IMG/VR virus record: IMGVR_UViG_3300045015_000053
Source: a virus
Taxonomy: Duplodnaviria; Caudoviricetes
Direction: 5' to 3' (one strand)
DNA: 64,000 nt
In this document: in pieces, positions 47,804 through 57,139 of the stretch
Layout: each line of letters starts with the position of its first letter
Numbering within the stretch: position 1 is the first letter of the stretch
The notes under the pieces: model-generated
The model's database searches: none
Told to the model about the DNA's origin: nothing
What the model saw: only the letters and a program-made list of their open reading frames with translations
Translations under genes and position numbers: made by a program

Positions 47804-48304
47804 ATGGGCGAAGCCAAAGTGCAAGCGGAAGACTCGGAGATCAAGATCAGCTTGGCGAAGCTGATGAAGGTCAAGAACCGTCTGGCGGGCCGCATCGCTT
47901 CGGTCGTGTCCGAGATTCAGTCTTACAACTCCGTGGTCAAGAACTCGGAAACGCCGGACGTGCGTGAGTTGAACGAGAAGCGGAAGCAGATGGTCGCCCA
48001 GATGATCAAGTTGAAGGTCACGCTGGACGACGCGAACCGCGCCGGGCAACGCGAGCGGATCTATCAGATCGCGGAGAAGAAGAGTGAACTGGCGTGGCTC
48101 CGCACGCTGAACACGCGACACGGGTCGCAGCGGGGATACGACAACGAGGTGATCGAGTACGTCGCGGCCTTCCGCAAGCAGGAAGTGGACGACACGGTAC
48201 GCCGCCTCGAACGCGAGATCGATGAACTTCAGGACGCCATCGACGCCTTCAACGCGAGCCGCAAGGTGGCCGTTGACGCGGAACTGTTCGCGCTGGTGTC
48301 CTAA
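47804..48304 (+). CDS. Coiled-coil protein, DIP1984/DUF6847-like
   Basis: SLAKLMK.K..L...I, E.D.LQ.AID.FN pattern (recognised from memory). Confidence 0.5.
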   Translation: MGEAKVQAEDSEIKISLAKLMKVKNRLAGRIASVVSEIQSYNSVVKNSETPDVRELNEKRKQMVAQMIKLKVTLDDANRAGQRERIYQIAEKKSELAWLRTLNTRHGSQRGYDNEVIEYVAAFRKQEVDDTVRRLEREIDELQDAIDAFNASRKVAVDAELFALVS

Positions 48305-48310
48305 CCGTAC

Positions 48311-48514
48311 ACGGCAGGGGGGTAGGCAGTAGGGTTGCTGGCGTTTCGCCTACAAAGCGAAAATCTCCTGGCTTCTCGGAGCCTGGATAAATCATACGAC
48401 TCCGATGTGGACCCCGAACTCAAAACTCAAGGGTTATCATCACATCAAAGCGTAAGATTCAGCAGTCAAGCCTTTTAAGCCGCACTTTGCGGTCTGCCTC
48501 TCCTGTCCGTTTTT
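48311..48514 (+). ncRNA. Long-stem-closed 3' RNA element B with short A/C-rich repeats
   Basis: ACGGCAGGGGGGTAGGCAG pairs with CTGCCTCTCCTGTCCGT; loop has ACTCAA twice, ATCAAA, ATTCAG, GTCAAG; U-tract follows. Confidence 0.55.
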
Positions 48515-48650
48515 AACGAAACTGGTGCCTAACTATAGGCACCAGTTTCTGTTTGCGAAGGGGCAACAAATGGGTCTTGAAAGAAGCAGCGGCGGCGAGG
48601 ACAAGGTCGAAAAAGTTAAAGGCGAAGTCGCAGAGGCAGAGAAGGAACCC

Positions 48651-49346
48651 ATGAAGCGGAAGTTCATCCGCGTCAGCGGCATGCAACGTTCGGGCATTCA
48701 CGCTGTGGCCGAGTGGCTGAGAATGTCACACGCCCAGATGGGCTATTCGTCGTTCTACGACAATAACGCGCCACTCGACCGGCCCAACGACATCGCCAAG
48801 TTCCTTCCGCCGAGTGGCGACAAGGAAGAGACTTTCTTGTGGATGATCGAACACGAAGACATCATGTTCGTTGACATCCCGATCCTCAACCCGAAGCTTT
48901 TCGCCAACTTCGAGTTTACGGACGTTGTTGTCATCCGTGACGTGTTCAACACGATGGCCTCGCGGCGGAAAATGGACGAACGGTTCTTCAGTCGCCGCGC
49001 CGTCCAACAGTGGAAACACTTCGCCTGCGAAGCAAAGAACCTGACCAACTTCCTCGGCCCGAACAAAGTTGTCGTCACTTTCAACCAGTGGCACAGCGAC
49101 ATGAAGTATCGCGAGAAAATTGCTCAAGGGTTCGGGATCGATGGTGTCGGCGTCGGGACAGAAAAGATGGCGTCCACAAGTTACTGGGAGCCGACCGTAA
49201 CCAAGTCTTCGGACTTGAAGTTGTTTGATCGGTGGAAGAATTTCCCGGCCGGGTCTGACTTCTGGGCCGTTTTCGACCGTCAGGTTTACGATCTGAACAC
49301 CAGTCTTTTCGGGGCGAACGAGGAGGTCGCCAAGTTGATTCGTTGA
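48651..49346 (+). CDS. Sulfotransferase-like P-loop protein
   Basis: GMQRSGIHAV (5'-PSB-like), IRDVFN.MAS (3'-PB-like). Confidence 0.55.
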   Translation: MKRKFIRVSGMQRSGIHAVAEWLRMSHAQMGYSSFYDNNAPLDRPNDIAKFLPPSGDKEETFLWMIEHEDIMFVDIPILNPKLFANFEFTDVVVIRDVFNTMASRRKMDERFFSRRAVQQWKHFACEAKNLTNFLGPNKVVVTFNQWHSDMKYREKIAQGFGIDGVGVGTEKMASTSYWEPTVTKSSDLKLFDRWKNFPAGSDFWAVFDRQVYDLNTSLFGANEEVAKLIR

Positions 49347-49378
49347 GTCCCGAATTCATAAGGTTCGGGGATACATAG

Positions 49379-49502
49379 GCTGGAGTGGCGCAGTGGCAGC
49401 GCGCGTAAAGTATCTCGACAACTATTGCCCTCACGGGATGCGGTTGGGATTACATTCCATAATCAGGACGAGGTCGCGAGGTTCGATTCCTCGCCTCCAG
49501 CA
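49379..49502 (+). ncRNA. Y RNA-like, circularly permuted (copy 3)
   Basis: Acceptor GCTGGAG/CTCCAGC; ATCTCGAC..TATTG-CCC-TCAC-GGG-ATGC-GGTTGGGATTACATTCC; T loop TTCGATT. Confidence 0.75.
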
Positions 49503-49523
49503 TTTTCAACGAACAGAGGACCA

Positions 49524-49973
49524 GTGGCAGAACAAGTAACCGTCTCGGTCAACCCGAAAGAACCGGACCCGAAGCCCAAGCCCAAGCTCGACGCCAAGAC
49601 CGTTCAGGACGCCGTGAACACGGCCGTTGTGGTCGGCGGCGTATTGTCAAAACTACCCCTCTCTGATACCCTCAAGGGGTTGCTGCTGAAATTGTTCATC
49701 TTCGGTTTCGGTGTCTTCTGTGGCATCGGCGTCGTGTACAAGAGCGGTCTACAGCCGCAACCGCAACCCGCGCCGGCCTCGAACGTCTCCGTTTACCAGA
49801 AGCGGATTGATGAACTTCAGAAAGAGAACACGGATCTGAAACGGCAGCTTGAGGAGCATCAGGTGCCGTTCCCTCAGCCGCAACCGCCCGTTGTCACGCC
49901 ACCCAACCCAGTGACCCCGAAGCTGAATCCGGTCAACCCCGACCGGCCGCGACCGGGCTTCATTGTGAAGTGA
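49524..49973 (+). CDS. Membrane protein with coiled coil and Pro-rich tail
   Basis: SD GAGGA, GTG start, TM segment. Confidence 0.55.
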   Translation: MAEQVTVSVNPKEPDPKPKPKLDAKTVQDAVNTAVVVGGVLSKLPLSDTLKGLLLKLFIFGFGVFCGIGVVYKSGLQPQPQPAPASNVSVYQKRIDELQKENTDLKRQLEEHQVPFPQPQPPVVTPPNPVTPKLNPVNPDRPRPGFIVK

Positions 49974-49980
49974 GAACGCC

Positions 49981-50367
49981 ATGAGCCTGTCCCTCTACTT
50001 CGACGGTTCTTGTTTCCCGACAGGGTCCGAAGCTCACGGAGCTTTTGTGTTGAAGGAGGGGGACACGGTTCTTCACGAACACAACTTCCTCGAAGCGAAG
50101 GAAGGCACCAACAACATCGCGGAATGGGCCGGACTCGTACACGGCCTCCGCTACCTGCGGCAGAATCACCCCAACTGCACCGTGGAGATCTTCGGGGACT
50201 CCCAACTCGTCATTCGCCAACTCATCGGCCAGTACGCCTGCAACAAAGAACACCTCAAGCCGTACCTCAAAGAAGCCCGCGAACTGCTGGAAGGCATGGA
50301 GTGGAAAGCGACTTGGGTGCGTAGAAACAAGAATTCTCACGCCGACGAGCTTTCAAAGAAGCGATAG
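49981..50367 (+). CDS. rnhA: Ribonuclease HI family
   Basis: YFDGS, TNNIAEW.GL, GDSQLVIRQ, WVRR..N..ADELS. Confidence 0.85.
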   Translation: MSLSLYFDGSCFPTGSEAHGAFVLKEGDTVLHEHNFLEAKEGTNNIAEWAGLVHGLRYLRQNHPNCTVEIFGDSQLVIRQLIGQYACNKEHLKPYLKEARELLEGMEWKATWVRRNKNSHADELSKKR

Positions 50368-50548
50368 CGGTCTATAGTGACGGCATGTGCAAGAGGAAGC
50401 AGGCCGTTCGCCGTCAGTTCCGTGACGGCACCTTCAAACGCGACAAGTTTCGTTGCGTCTGTTGCGGCTTCGCGTCAACTCCCGAACGTGCCGAGAACGA
50501 GCTTGACGCTCACCACATTACTTGTTCAGGCATGTTGCTATATATGGC

Positions 50549-51553
50549 ATGAAAAATTTTCGTTCATGGTTTGAAGAGAACCAAGGTTTGAATGGTTGGG
50601 AAATTCACTCCCATTTGACCAAAATGCGTCGAGACTCGCCGGAGGATTTCCGAAATTATGGACTACCGTATACACAGGGCATGATTGTTCACAATGACGG
50701 AAATGTCTATGAAAAGAAATGGGATGCTAGTTTAGACAGGAAAAAATGGAGTCATGTAGATGACTCTACTCCCAAAAAGACTCCTGAAAATGAAGAGCAT
50801 TTCGCCCGTGACAAATACGGTCATGAGGTAGTAAATCACCATGAATTGTATAGGAAAAAAGCAATTGAAGAAGTTTCAGACAAGGTGAAGATCGTTGGAG
50901 GTCACGATCTGAGTCAGATTAACGGCCGAGTTCCCAGAGGAACCAAACCATCTCCAGATAAAGTTTGGGAAACAGCAATACAGTACGGTACTAACCTGAG
51001 AATGCTTTCAAATGATAAAGGCGAAGTAATTATTGGAGGGGCAAACGCTCATATGTATCTTCCCAATAGATATACGTTTTCTGGTAGCGGTGAATTATTC
51101 TACATGCGTTGGTTCATTAATCCAGATTCAAAAATGATAACTCTCAGTTCAACCGATGTAGGTAGCAAAGACGAAACAGTTAAAGCGGAGTTTTGGAAAC
51201 GACCTGACAAGTTCATAAATTTGACGTTGCGATCTCTTGTGGATTCGGGGTTGGTTAATGGAGGCTGGAGGGTGGAAGCGGGTACGCAGGCTCATGCTCT
51301 TGGTGCGCCATTGAAGACGGTTGGAGATTGGTTAGGTTTTAAGTCAAAAGCCGACATTGATGCTGATCTCGCTCGAAAAGCACAAGAAAAATTCGACAGG
51401 GACGCCGAGTATAGAGCCACTTGGCCAGCGAGACGGTATATGAGAGAATTAATGCGACGAGGTGAAGGCCCGTGGCACTTACCTCGGGGGGAAGCTCACC
51501 AATGGTCATTTGCCAAATATGTCAGTCTTAGAGAAAACATGGTGCTATCATGA
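50549..51553 (+). CDS. AT-rich hypothetical protein with CTS-like N-terminus (MKNFRSWFEE)
   Basis: Lower GC than flanks; TATATA directly upstream; within the split HNH. Confidence 0.75.
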   Translation: MKNFRSWFEENQGLNGWEIHSHLTKMRRDSPEDFRNYGLPYTQGMIVHNDGNVYEKKWDASLDRKKWSHVDDSTPKKTPENEEHFARDKYGHEVVNHHELYRKKAIEEVSDKVKIVGGHDLSQINGRVPRGTKPSPDKVWETAIQYGTNLRMLSNDKGEVIIGGANAHMYLPNRYTFSGSGELFYMRWFINPDSKMITLSSTDVGSKDETVKAEFWKRPDKFINLTLRSLVDSGLVNGGWRVEAGTQAHALGAPLKTVGDWLGFKSKADIDADLARKAQEKFDRDAEYRATWPARRYMRELMRRGEGPWHLPRGEAHQWSFAKYVSLRENMVLS

Positions 51554-51595
51554 TGTTATGGAAAAGATCGTACTGTTTTGTTTGGTTCTGAAATA

Positions 51596-51624
51596 AAAAG
51601 CCCCGAGTCATCTCGGGGCTTTTT
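51596..51624. terminator. Bidirectional intrinsic terminator
   Basis: AAAAGCCCCGAG-TCAT-CTCGGGGCTTTTT. Confidence 0.85.
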
Positions 51625-51877
51625 ATTACGCTTTGACCACGATTTCTGTCTTGAAGTCGTTGAGTCCGCTGTTCTTCAGTCTTCGCGACGAGATGCCCAA
51701 CGGCGGGTACGTCAAAGAGAATGGCGTGACGCTGTGCAAAGGTGATGACGGAACGTCTTGCCACGAGAAGGCGGAAATGGTATTACAGGGGATCGACATT
51801 CCGGGGTTCTCCCCGGACGACCTCTACACCCTGATCGGTTCCGACCGGGACCGAGCATTCCAAGAGAGCGAGAAGTT

Positions 51878-52747
51878 ATGACGACTGCCATCGCCAGCCC
51901 CGACCGCATGACCGACGACGAGTTCAAGAGCTTCTTCCTCGAAAACTCCGTCAGCCCGAACGACGACGACGATCCCGCCGCCGTTCTCAAGAACTACATC
52001 CGCACGCGCAACGAGACGATCTTCAAGGCGACCGAACTCGGCATCGGCGAAGCCGGCCTCCAAGAGATCAAGTCGAAGGCCGCGAACGCCTTCCTCAAGC
52101 GGTGGATGATGCTCCGGTTCGCCACCGTCGATCTGTCCTTCACCGACCGCAAGTGGTGGCTGAAACTCGAACGCGACACCAACGGCGTCAAGGTCGTTCA
52201 GGCATCGCACGAACCCATCGACGTGACCGGCGATCCGGCCTTCTTCACCGTCGCCGAGATCAACCGCTTCTTCAAGGTCGAGACGAACGCCGAGGAGTTC
52301 GCGTTCGGCAAGAAGATCAGCGACAAAAAGGCTCACCAAAGCAATGGCGGTTTCGCTCCGACACGCAAGAACGGCGGCATGCCCCGCACTAACCTGACCA
52401 TTTCGGCGGTTCTGCCGGACGGGATCGGCCAGAAGCAGATGAAGAAGGCTCAGGTGGCAATCGGCCACAAGCACTTCGCCCGCGCCGTCTGCTACTGCCA
52501 CGGCATCGATCTCGAAGCCGATCTGGGCCGCACACGGTGGGATCGGCGCGACTCAACCGTCTCGGTAATCTGGGGGCCGAACGCGGACGTTCTCAGCTTC
52601 ACCCAGACGCCGCCGCGTCCGGCCGGTGACCCCGCCATCGTCATCGACATCGGCGAGGAAACGTACCTGCTGGACTTCTACGACACGCCGGACGAACTCC
52701 CGATCAGCAACCTGATTCGCGAGTTCAGCGAAGGGAAGCTTCGCTAA
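51878..52747 (+). CDS. Hypothetical protein
   Basis: Long ORF with strong genome-typical codon bias. Confidence 0.7.
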   Translation: MTTAIASPDRMTDDEFKSFFLENSVSPNDDDDPAAVLKNYIRTRNETIFKATELGIGEAGLQEIKSKAANAFLKRWMMLRFATVDLSFTDRKWWLKLERDTNGVKVVQASHEPIDVTGDPAFFTVAEINRFFKVETNAEEFAFGKKISDKKAHQSNGGFAPTRKNGGMPRTNLTISAVLPDGIGQKQMKKAQVAIGHKHFARAVCYCHGIDLEADLGRTRWDRRDSTVSVIWGPNADVLSFTQTPPRPAGDPAIVIDIGEETYLLDFYDTPDELPISNLIREFSEGKLR

Positions 52748-52796
52748 AATATGAAGGACGCCCGACATTCGGGCGTCCTTCAAGCTAGGAGAAGTT

Positions 52797-53075
52797 ATGC
52801 GGAAAATCATCGTCGCCTTGATTTTGGCTCTGGTGTTGGCCTGTCTGATTGGTTGTGGTCCACAACCACCGGCCGCTCATGCCGAGCCGGTGCAAGAGGC
52901 CAACATCACGAAAATGTTGCCGCACGGTTATACCAACCTCAAAAAACTGGGCAACCAGTGGTTCTCATACGACCTTGAGGTCGGCGGCAAGAAACGTCAA
53001 TTCATGGTCCGGTATTCGACTGGCTCGCACGGAGAGTACAGTCTTGCCGTGACCGAACTACACGAAGGGAAGTGA
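52797..53075 (+). CDS. Putative lipoprotein
   Basis: Hydrophobic signal with lipobox-like LIGC. Confidence 0.6.
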   Translation: MRKIIVALILALVLACLIGCGPQPPAAHAEPVQEANITKMLPHGYTNLKKLGNQWFSYDLEVGGKKRQFMVRYSTGSHGEYSLAVTELHEGK

Positions 53076-53078
53076 CTT

Positions 53079-53921
53079 ATGGGAGCCGCAATCGTTGAAG
53101 GCGGTGTTGACACCCGTCAAGTAGGATGGGACAGCATCCGGGTGCTGTCCTCGACCGACAAGAACGTAAAGAAGTACGTCTTCGAGAAGGGGGATGCCGT
53201 CGCCGAGTCGGTACTGTACAAGTACCCCGACTACGAAACCCGCACCGTCATCTGCTGCTCAACTCAGAGCGGCTGTCCGGTCGGCTGTCGGTTCTGCGGC
53301 GCGGGCGACAACTTCGTGCGGTCGCTGACCAGCGAAGAGATCTTCTCGCAACCGAAGCGGTTGCTGGATGACACGGGTGTCGATCCGACGAAGATGGGCC
53401 GACTCCAGATCATGTTCATGAGCATGGGCGAGCCGTTGCTCAACCAGAACAACTTGATCCCGGCCCTGTACCGTCTGCACGAGAAGTACCCGAACGCCGC
53501 CCTGTTGATTTCTACCAGCGGCCCGCGAGTCGGTTACGGTCGAATCCGCGACGTGTCGGTGGCGATCCCGACCATCGGCCTCCAGTTCTCGATTCACGAA
53601 AGCACGGACGAGGCGCGAAACAAGCTGATCCCGTTCGAGAAGAAGCTGACGCTGACAGAGATCGCGGCCGAGGGCAAGCTGTGGTACGAAGCAACGGGCC
53701 GCACACCGTTCTTCAACTACTGCGTCCACGACAAGAACAACACGCCAGAAGACGTGGAACGGCTCACCGCCCTGTTCGATCCCGACATCTGGCAGGCGAC
53801 GATCTCCGTGATCTGCGAGCGTGACGAATACGTCGCGGCGGCGAACGCCCGTCAGAAGGCTCTGGCAGACGATTTCCGGGGTGGTCTGATGAGCAAGGGG
53901 TTCCGCACTCGCGTGTTTGAA
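53079..53921 (+). CDS. RlmN/Cfr-like radical SAM RNA methyltransferase, C-terminally truncated by an inversion
   Basis: CCSTQSGCPVGCRFC, FMSMGEPLLN, LQFSIH; the C-terminal catalytic-Cys motif expected in this family is absent. Confidence 0.75.
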
Positions 53922-54340
53922 GATGCCGAACGACGCGCCGGATTCGAGGCCGAGCATCTCCCGCTTCACGAAGTCGAGAGCGTTGCGTACCGCGTCGTGG
54001 CAAGCGTCCTGACGGGTGTGGGGGTCCATGTTCAGGACGTTCCAGACCTCGCTGATCTGGCCGATCCCGATGCGACTGTAGAAATCCAGAGCCGCCACAA
54101 GGATCGCACCCTGTTCGGCCGTGACTTCCAGCGTGAATTTCTTCTCTTCCGGCATGATCGGCCTCACACTTTGGTGCCGCGAGATTTGAGGAACTTGACG
54201 GCCTCGCCGTCCCACTTCTCCAAGTTCATCGCCCGCAGCCTCTCCACGTCAATGAAGGCGTTGGTGTAAGCGTGCGGGTGCTTGACGAACGTTTCTGCTA
54301 CGGCCCGCGAAACCTCGCGGGCGTACAACTCGCCGTTCAA
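53917..54340 (-). other. 424-bp inverted segment bounded by TTGAA/TTCAA
   Basis: Minus strand encodes a gene 3' end and the N-half MPEEKK...GASFGIF (ATG 54155); plus strand from 54336 continues FNSKVPERYKTAWDLQQVIRH. Confidence 0.7.
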
Positions 54341-54739
54341 CAGCAAGGTGCCTGAGCGGTACAAGACCGCGTGGGATCTCCAGCAGGTGATTCGGCACGT
54401 TCTGGCGTGGGACGCGAACCCGGAAGGCGGGTTCGGTGTCAATTTCCACGAGCCGCTGAAATCGGGCAAGCACGGCCTTGCTACAATGAAAGTATCCGAA
54501 CAGTGGCTGCGGGAGATGGCCGAGAAGGAAGACAACGGCATCATCTCTGTCGGCGGTCTGGTAACAAGAATGAGGCAAGCCAATGATCCCGCCGTCAATC
54601 CTGATGCTGGACATGCTGAAACCGAACGGAAAACCACCGAAGAATGAACCGTGGTGGCAGACCGCGATCACGGTCGTACTCCTGACGGCCGTGCTGATCG
54701 GCACGCTCGTCGGCGCGATCTACTTGATGAAGCATTGAG

Positions 54740-55186
54740 GTGAACGTGAGCATACGGTCCTACGATCTGAGCGGCGATCAAGCCGCCGAACTGATTCTTG
54801 CCCTCAACGGTGACGCAGAGAAACGCGAGAAATGGTTGAGGCAGTTACGCAAGTGGGTCGCCTACCGTGATCTCAAGCTGAAGATCCTCGGTTTGACGGA
54901 GAATTGGCTCAAAGCCTTCGGTTTGAAGAAGGGCGTTCACGTCGGTCGGGAAGATTGGCAGAGCGACGAAGAAAACCTTCTGGACTGGGTGTACTACCAG
55001 ATGGAGTACATGAGTGGCTTGACATGGGACGAAGCGACGAAAAGTGTGATCATCAACAAGTACGCTTCGAGCCGCCCGCTGCTGCGGGACGAAGAGACAA
55101 AAGAACTCTTGGAATTTTTGACGTTGGAAATTGGCAAGGATACTGTATATAATGAACTGACGGCCCATCCGCCGGCGCGGTGTTAG
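54740..55186 (+). CDS. Hypothetical protein
   Basis: SD GAGG, GTG start. Confidence 0.6.
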   Translation: MNVSIRSYDLSGDQAAELILALNGDAEKREKWLRQLRKWVAYRDLKLKILGLTENWLKAFGLKKGVHVGREDWQSDEENLLDWVYYQMEYMSGLTWDEATKSVIINKYASSRPLLRDEETKELLEFLTLEIGKDTVYNELTAHPPARC

Positions 55187-55230
55187 AGCTTCTACCTCTG
55201 ACTGGACGGGTTCAACTCCTGTATGGGCTT
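55162..55230 (+). tRNA. Degenerate tRNA, Arg(TCT) anticodon
   Basis: Acceptor GGCCCAT/ATGGGCT, arm TAGAG-CTTCTAC-CTCTG, T loop TTCAACT; poor D arm. Confidence 0.5.
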
Positions 55231-55237
55231 CTTGACT

Positions 55238-55308
55238 GCCGCTATCGTATAGTGGGATTACCCTTGTCTTGTAAACAAGTGACCTCAGTTCGATTCTGAG
55301 TAGCGGCT
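55238..55308 (+). tRNA. tRNA-Thr(TGT)
   Basis: Acceptor GCCGCTA/TAGCGGC, arm CTTGT-CTTGTAA-ACAAG. Confidence 0.9.
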
Positions 55309-55319
55309 CTGATTGATTT

Positions 55320-55390
55320 GCCAGCATCGTATAGTGGTATTATGCTTGTTTCGTAAACAAGTGACCTGAGTTCGATTCTCAGTGCTGGCT
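55320..55390 (+). tRNA. tRNA-Thr(CGT)
   Basis: Acceptor GCCAGCA/TGCTGGC, arm CTTGT-TTCGTAA-ACAAG. Confidence 0.9.
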
Positions 55391-55610
55391 CTGTACCCCT
55401 CCCGTGGATAGAATCGCGGGACCATCACCTCGGTCTAAACCACCGAGGTGATTCTTTTGGTAGAATTCATCATGGCGCGACAGCACTTCAAAGATCCGAG
55501 CATCAGTCAACGAAACGACGCGAGTTGCATCAACAACAAGCGTGGCATGGCTCGTCGCGCCAAACGCAAGTCAGGCAAAACCGACCGCCAACTACTGAAG
55601 AAGGCTCTCG

Positions 55611-56264
55611 ATGAAATTCAAGATCAAGAAGTCCAATCCGGTTCCGGGTGTGATTCACCTGCTGTTCAAGAACCAGTATGAGACGTGTTCCACGTTCATG
55701 CGGCTCCAAGAGTTCTATGAGTCGCCGTTCAAGCAGATTCGCGGCAAGCTGTTCTCGCTCGAACAGTTGATGGACCTGTACGCCAAGCAGCAGGGCAACT
55801 TCACTTACACCTGCGACTGGGGCGGCTTCAACGTGCCGGGCCACGTCGTTGACGAGTTCTTCCGTCTTTACGACGGGCAGTTGCTCGAAAAAGAGAAGGA
55901 CTTGAGGGAACTGGTTAAGGACAAGGCCGGCAAGATTGCGGTCGGCTCTAAGTATTACGTCATCGGGATGTACGGCGAAGAATGTCTGGATCACGAACTG
56001 GCCCATGCGTTATACTACCTCAATGACGACTACCGCCGTCAAGTTAACGGCCTAGTCAAAGCGTTGCCGGAATCGGTAAAGTCTGCCATCGCGAAGTGGC
56101 TCTTGGACAAAGGGTACTCGAAGCCGCTGATCGTGGACGAAACCAACGCCTACTTGACGACCGACGATCAGGAAGAGTTGACGAAGCGTTTCGGCAAAGC
56201 GGTCGGCAAGCGGTACGCGAAGTACGAGCCTTTCAGGAGAGCGTTCGATGACGCAAAGTTCTGA
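55611..56264 (+). CDS. Hypothetical protein with HExxH motif
   Basis: YVIG...LDHELAHALYY. Confidence 0.65.
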   Translation: MKFKIKKSNPVPGVIHLLFKNQYETCSTFMRLQEFYESPFKQIRGKLFSLEQLMDLYAKQQGNFTYTCDWGGFNVPGHVVDEFFRLYDGQLLEKEKDLRELVKDKAGKIAVGSKYYVIGMYGEECLDHELAHALYYLNDDYRRQVNGLVKALPESVKSAIAKWLLDKGYSKPLIVDETNAYLTTDDQEELTKRFGKAVGKRYAKYEPFRRAFDDAKF

Positions 56265-57084
56265 GCCGTGGCGTGACGCAGTCACCTGTTTTGAGGACGG
56301 GGTGATTACCCAACACGAGTTCGTCAACACCATGTTCGATCTGTTGACGGTCGAGAACGTTTGGGAGATCGGCAAGCAGATCGACAAGAAGTATTTCGAC
56401 ATGCTCGCGGCGCGGCTCTCCGAACTGCCCGACGACGACGAGGGCTGGTCGAAGATGCGACGTTCCCACATGGGGAGCTTCACCGGCCCGGTCACCCAGA
56501 ACGAAGACTTCTCTGCAATGCGGCGTGGTGTCGAAGCTTTCCGCCGTTACTGTCTGATCCCGACAAAAGCACAAAAGAACTGGAAGTGCCTGTGCTATCT
56601 CTGCTTCCCCGAAGCGGTGGAGTACGGCGAACTTATCCCAGACATGTTTCTGTTCAAGGACGGCGACACCTACGGGTTGATGATGCAGTCCGGGCATCGC
56701 GGGGACTACATACTCTTGTTCCCAGAAAAGCCGACGCCGGACCCCGATCCTGAGTGTGTCCACGAATACGACGAGATCGCCACATCCGAGCGTTGGGTGG
56801 ATGTGGTGGCCGACTGGCAGGAGAAGTTGAAGCTGTTTCCGTCCGAGGGGCATCATCTGGTAGAGTCCTGCAAAGAGGCCGGGTGGAGCTACAAGCACGG
56901 CCACATGCTGTTCTGGCTGTTCGACCGCGCCGGGAAGATGCTGGAGGGTCAGGATGTTTCCGGTCAAACCGCAGGATCTGGATCTGCTTCCGAACCGGAG
57001 TGCAGAGTTGAGGGAGAAGATTCTGATCGGGCATGTGGTTCGCCCGATCAAGGTGGAGTGGTTGGACCTGAAGGAGCCGACTAA
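56248..57084 (+). CDS. Hypothetical protein
   Basis: Long ORF; its 3' end overlaps the next ORF. Confidence 0.55.
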   Translation: MTQSSEPWRDAVTCFEDGVITQHEFVNTMFDLLTVENVWEIGKQIDKKYFDMLAARLSELPDDDEGWSKMRRSHMGSFTGPVTQNEDFSAMRRGVEAFRRYCLIPTKAQKNWKCLCYLCFPEAVEYGELIPDMFLFKDGDTYGLMMQSGHRGDYILLFPEKPTPDPDPECVHEYDEIATSERWVDVVADWQEKLKLFPSEGHHLVESCKEAGWSYKHGHMLFWLFDRAGKMLEGQDVSGQTAGSGSASEPECRVEGEDSDRACGSPDQGGVVGPEGAD

Positions 57085-57139
57085 GCCGAAGAAGGGTTTG
57101 CCTCCGATGCGGTCCTTAGACGACGAGTGGGAGTCATGA
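56954..57139 (+). CDS. Small protein with RxLDDEW tail
   Basis: Ends PPMRSLDDEWES. Confidence 0.55.
   Translation: MFPVKPQDLDLLPNRSAELREKILIGHVVRPIKVEWLDLKEPTKPKKGLPPMRSLDDEWES

Larger units (their letters stand above)
50385..51881 (+). pseudogene. HNH endonuclease gene split by a 1158-bp insert
   Basis: 50385-50522 ends ...RDKFRCVCCG...LDAHHIT; 51681-51881 resumes LRDEMPNGGYVKENGVTLC...CHEKAE. Confidence 0.75.

Noticed and set aside
53079-54269. Listed 396-aa ORF as a single radical SAM fusion protein
   Set aside because: Residues after about 53921 are the antisense reading of the inverted segment.
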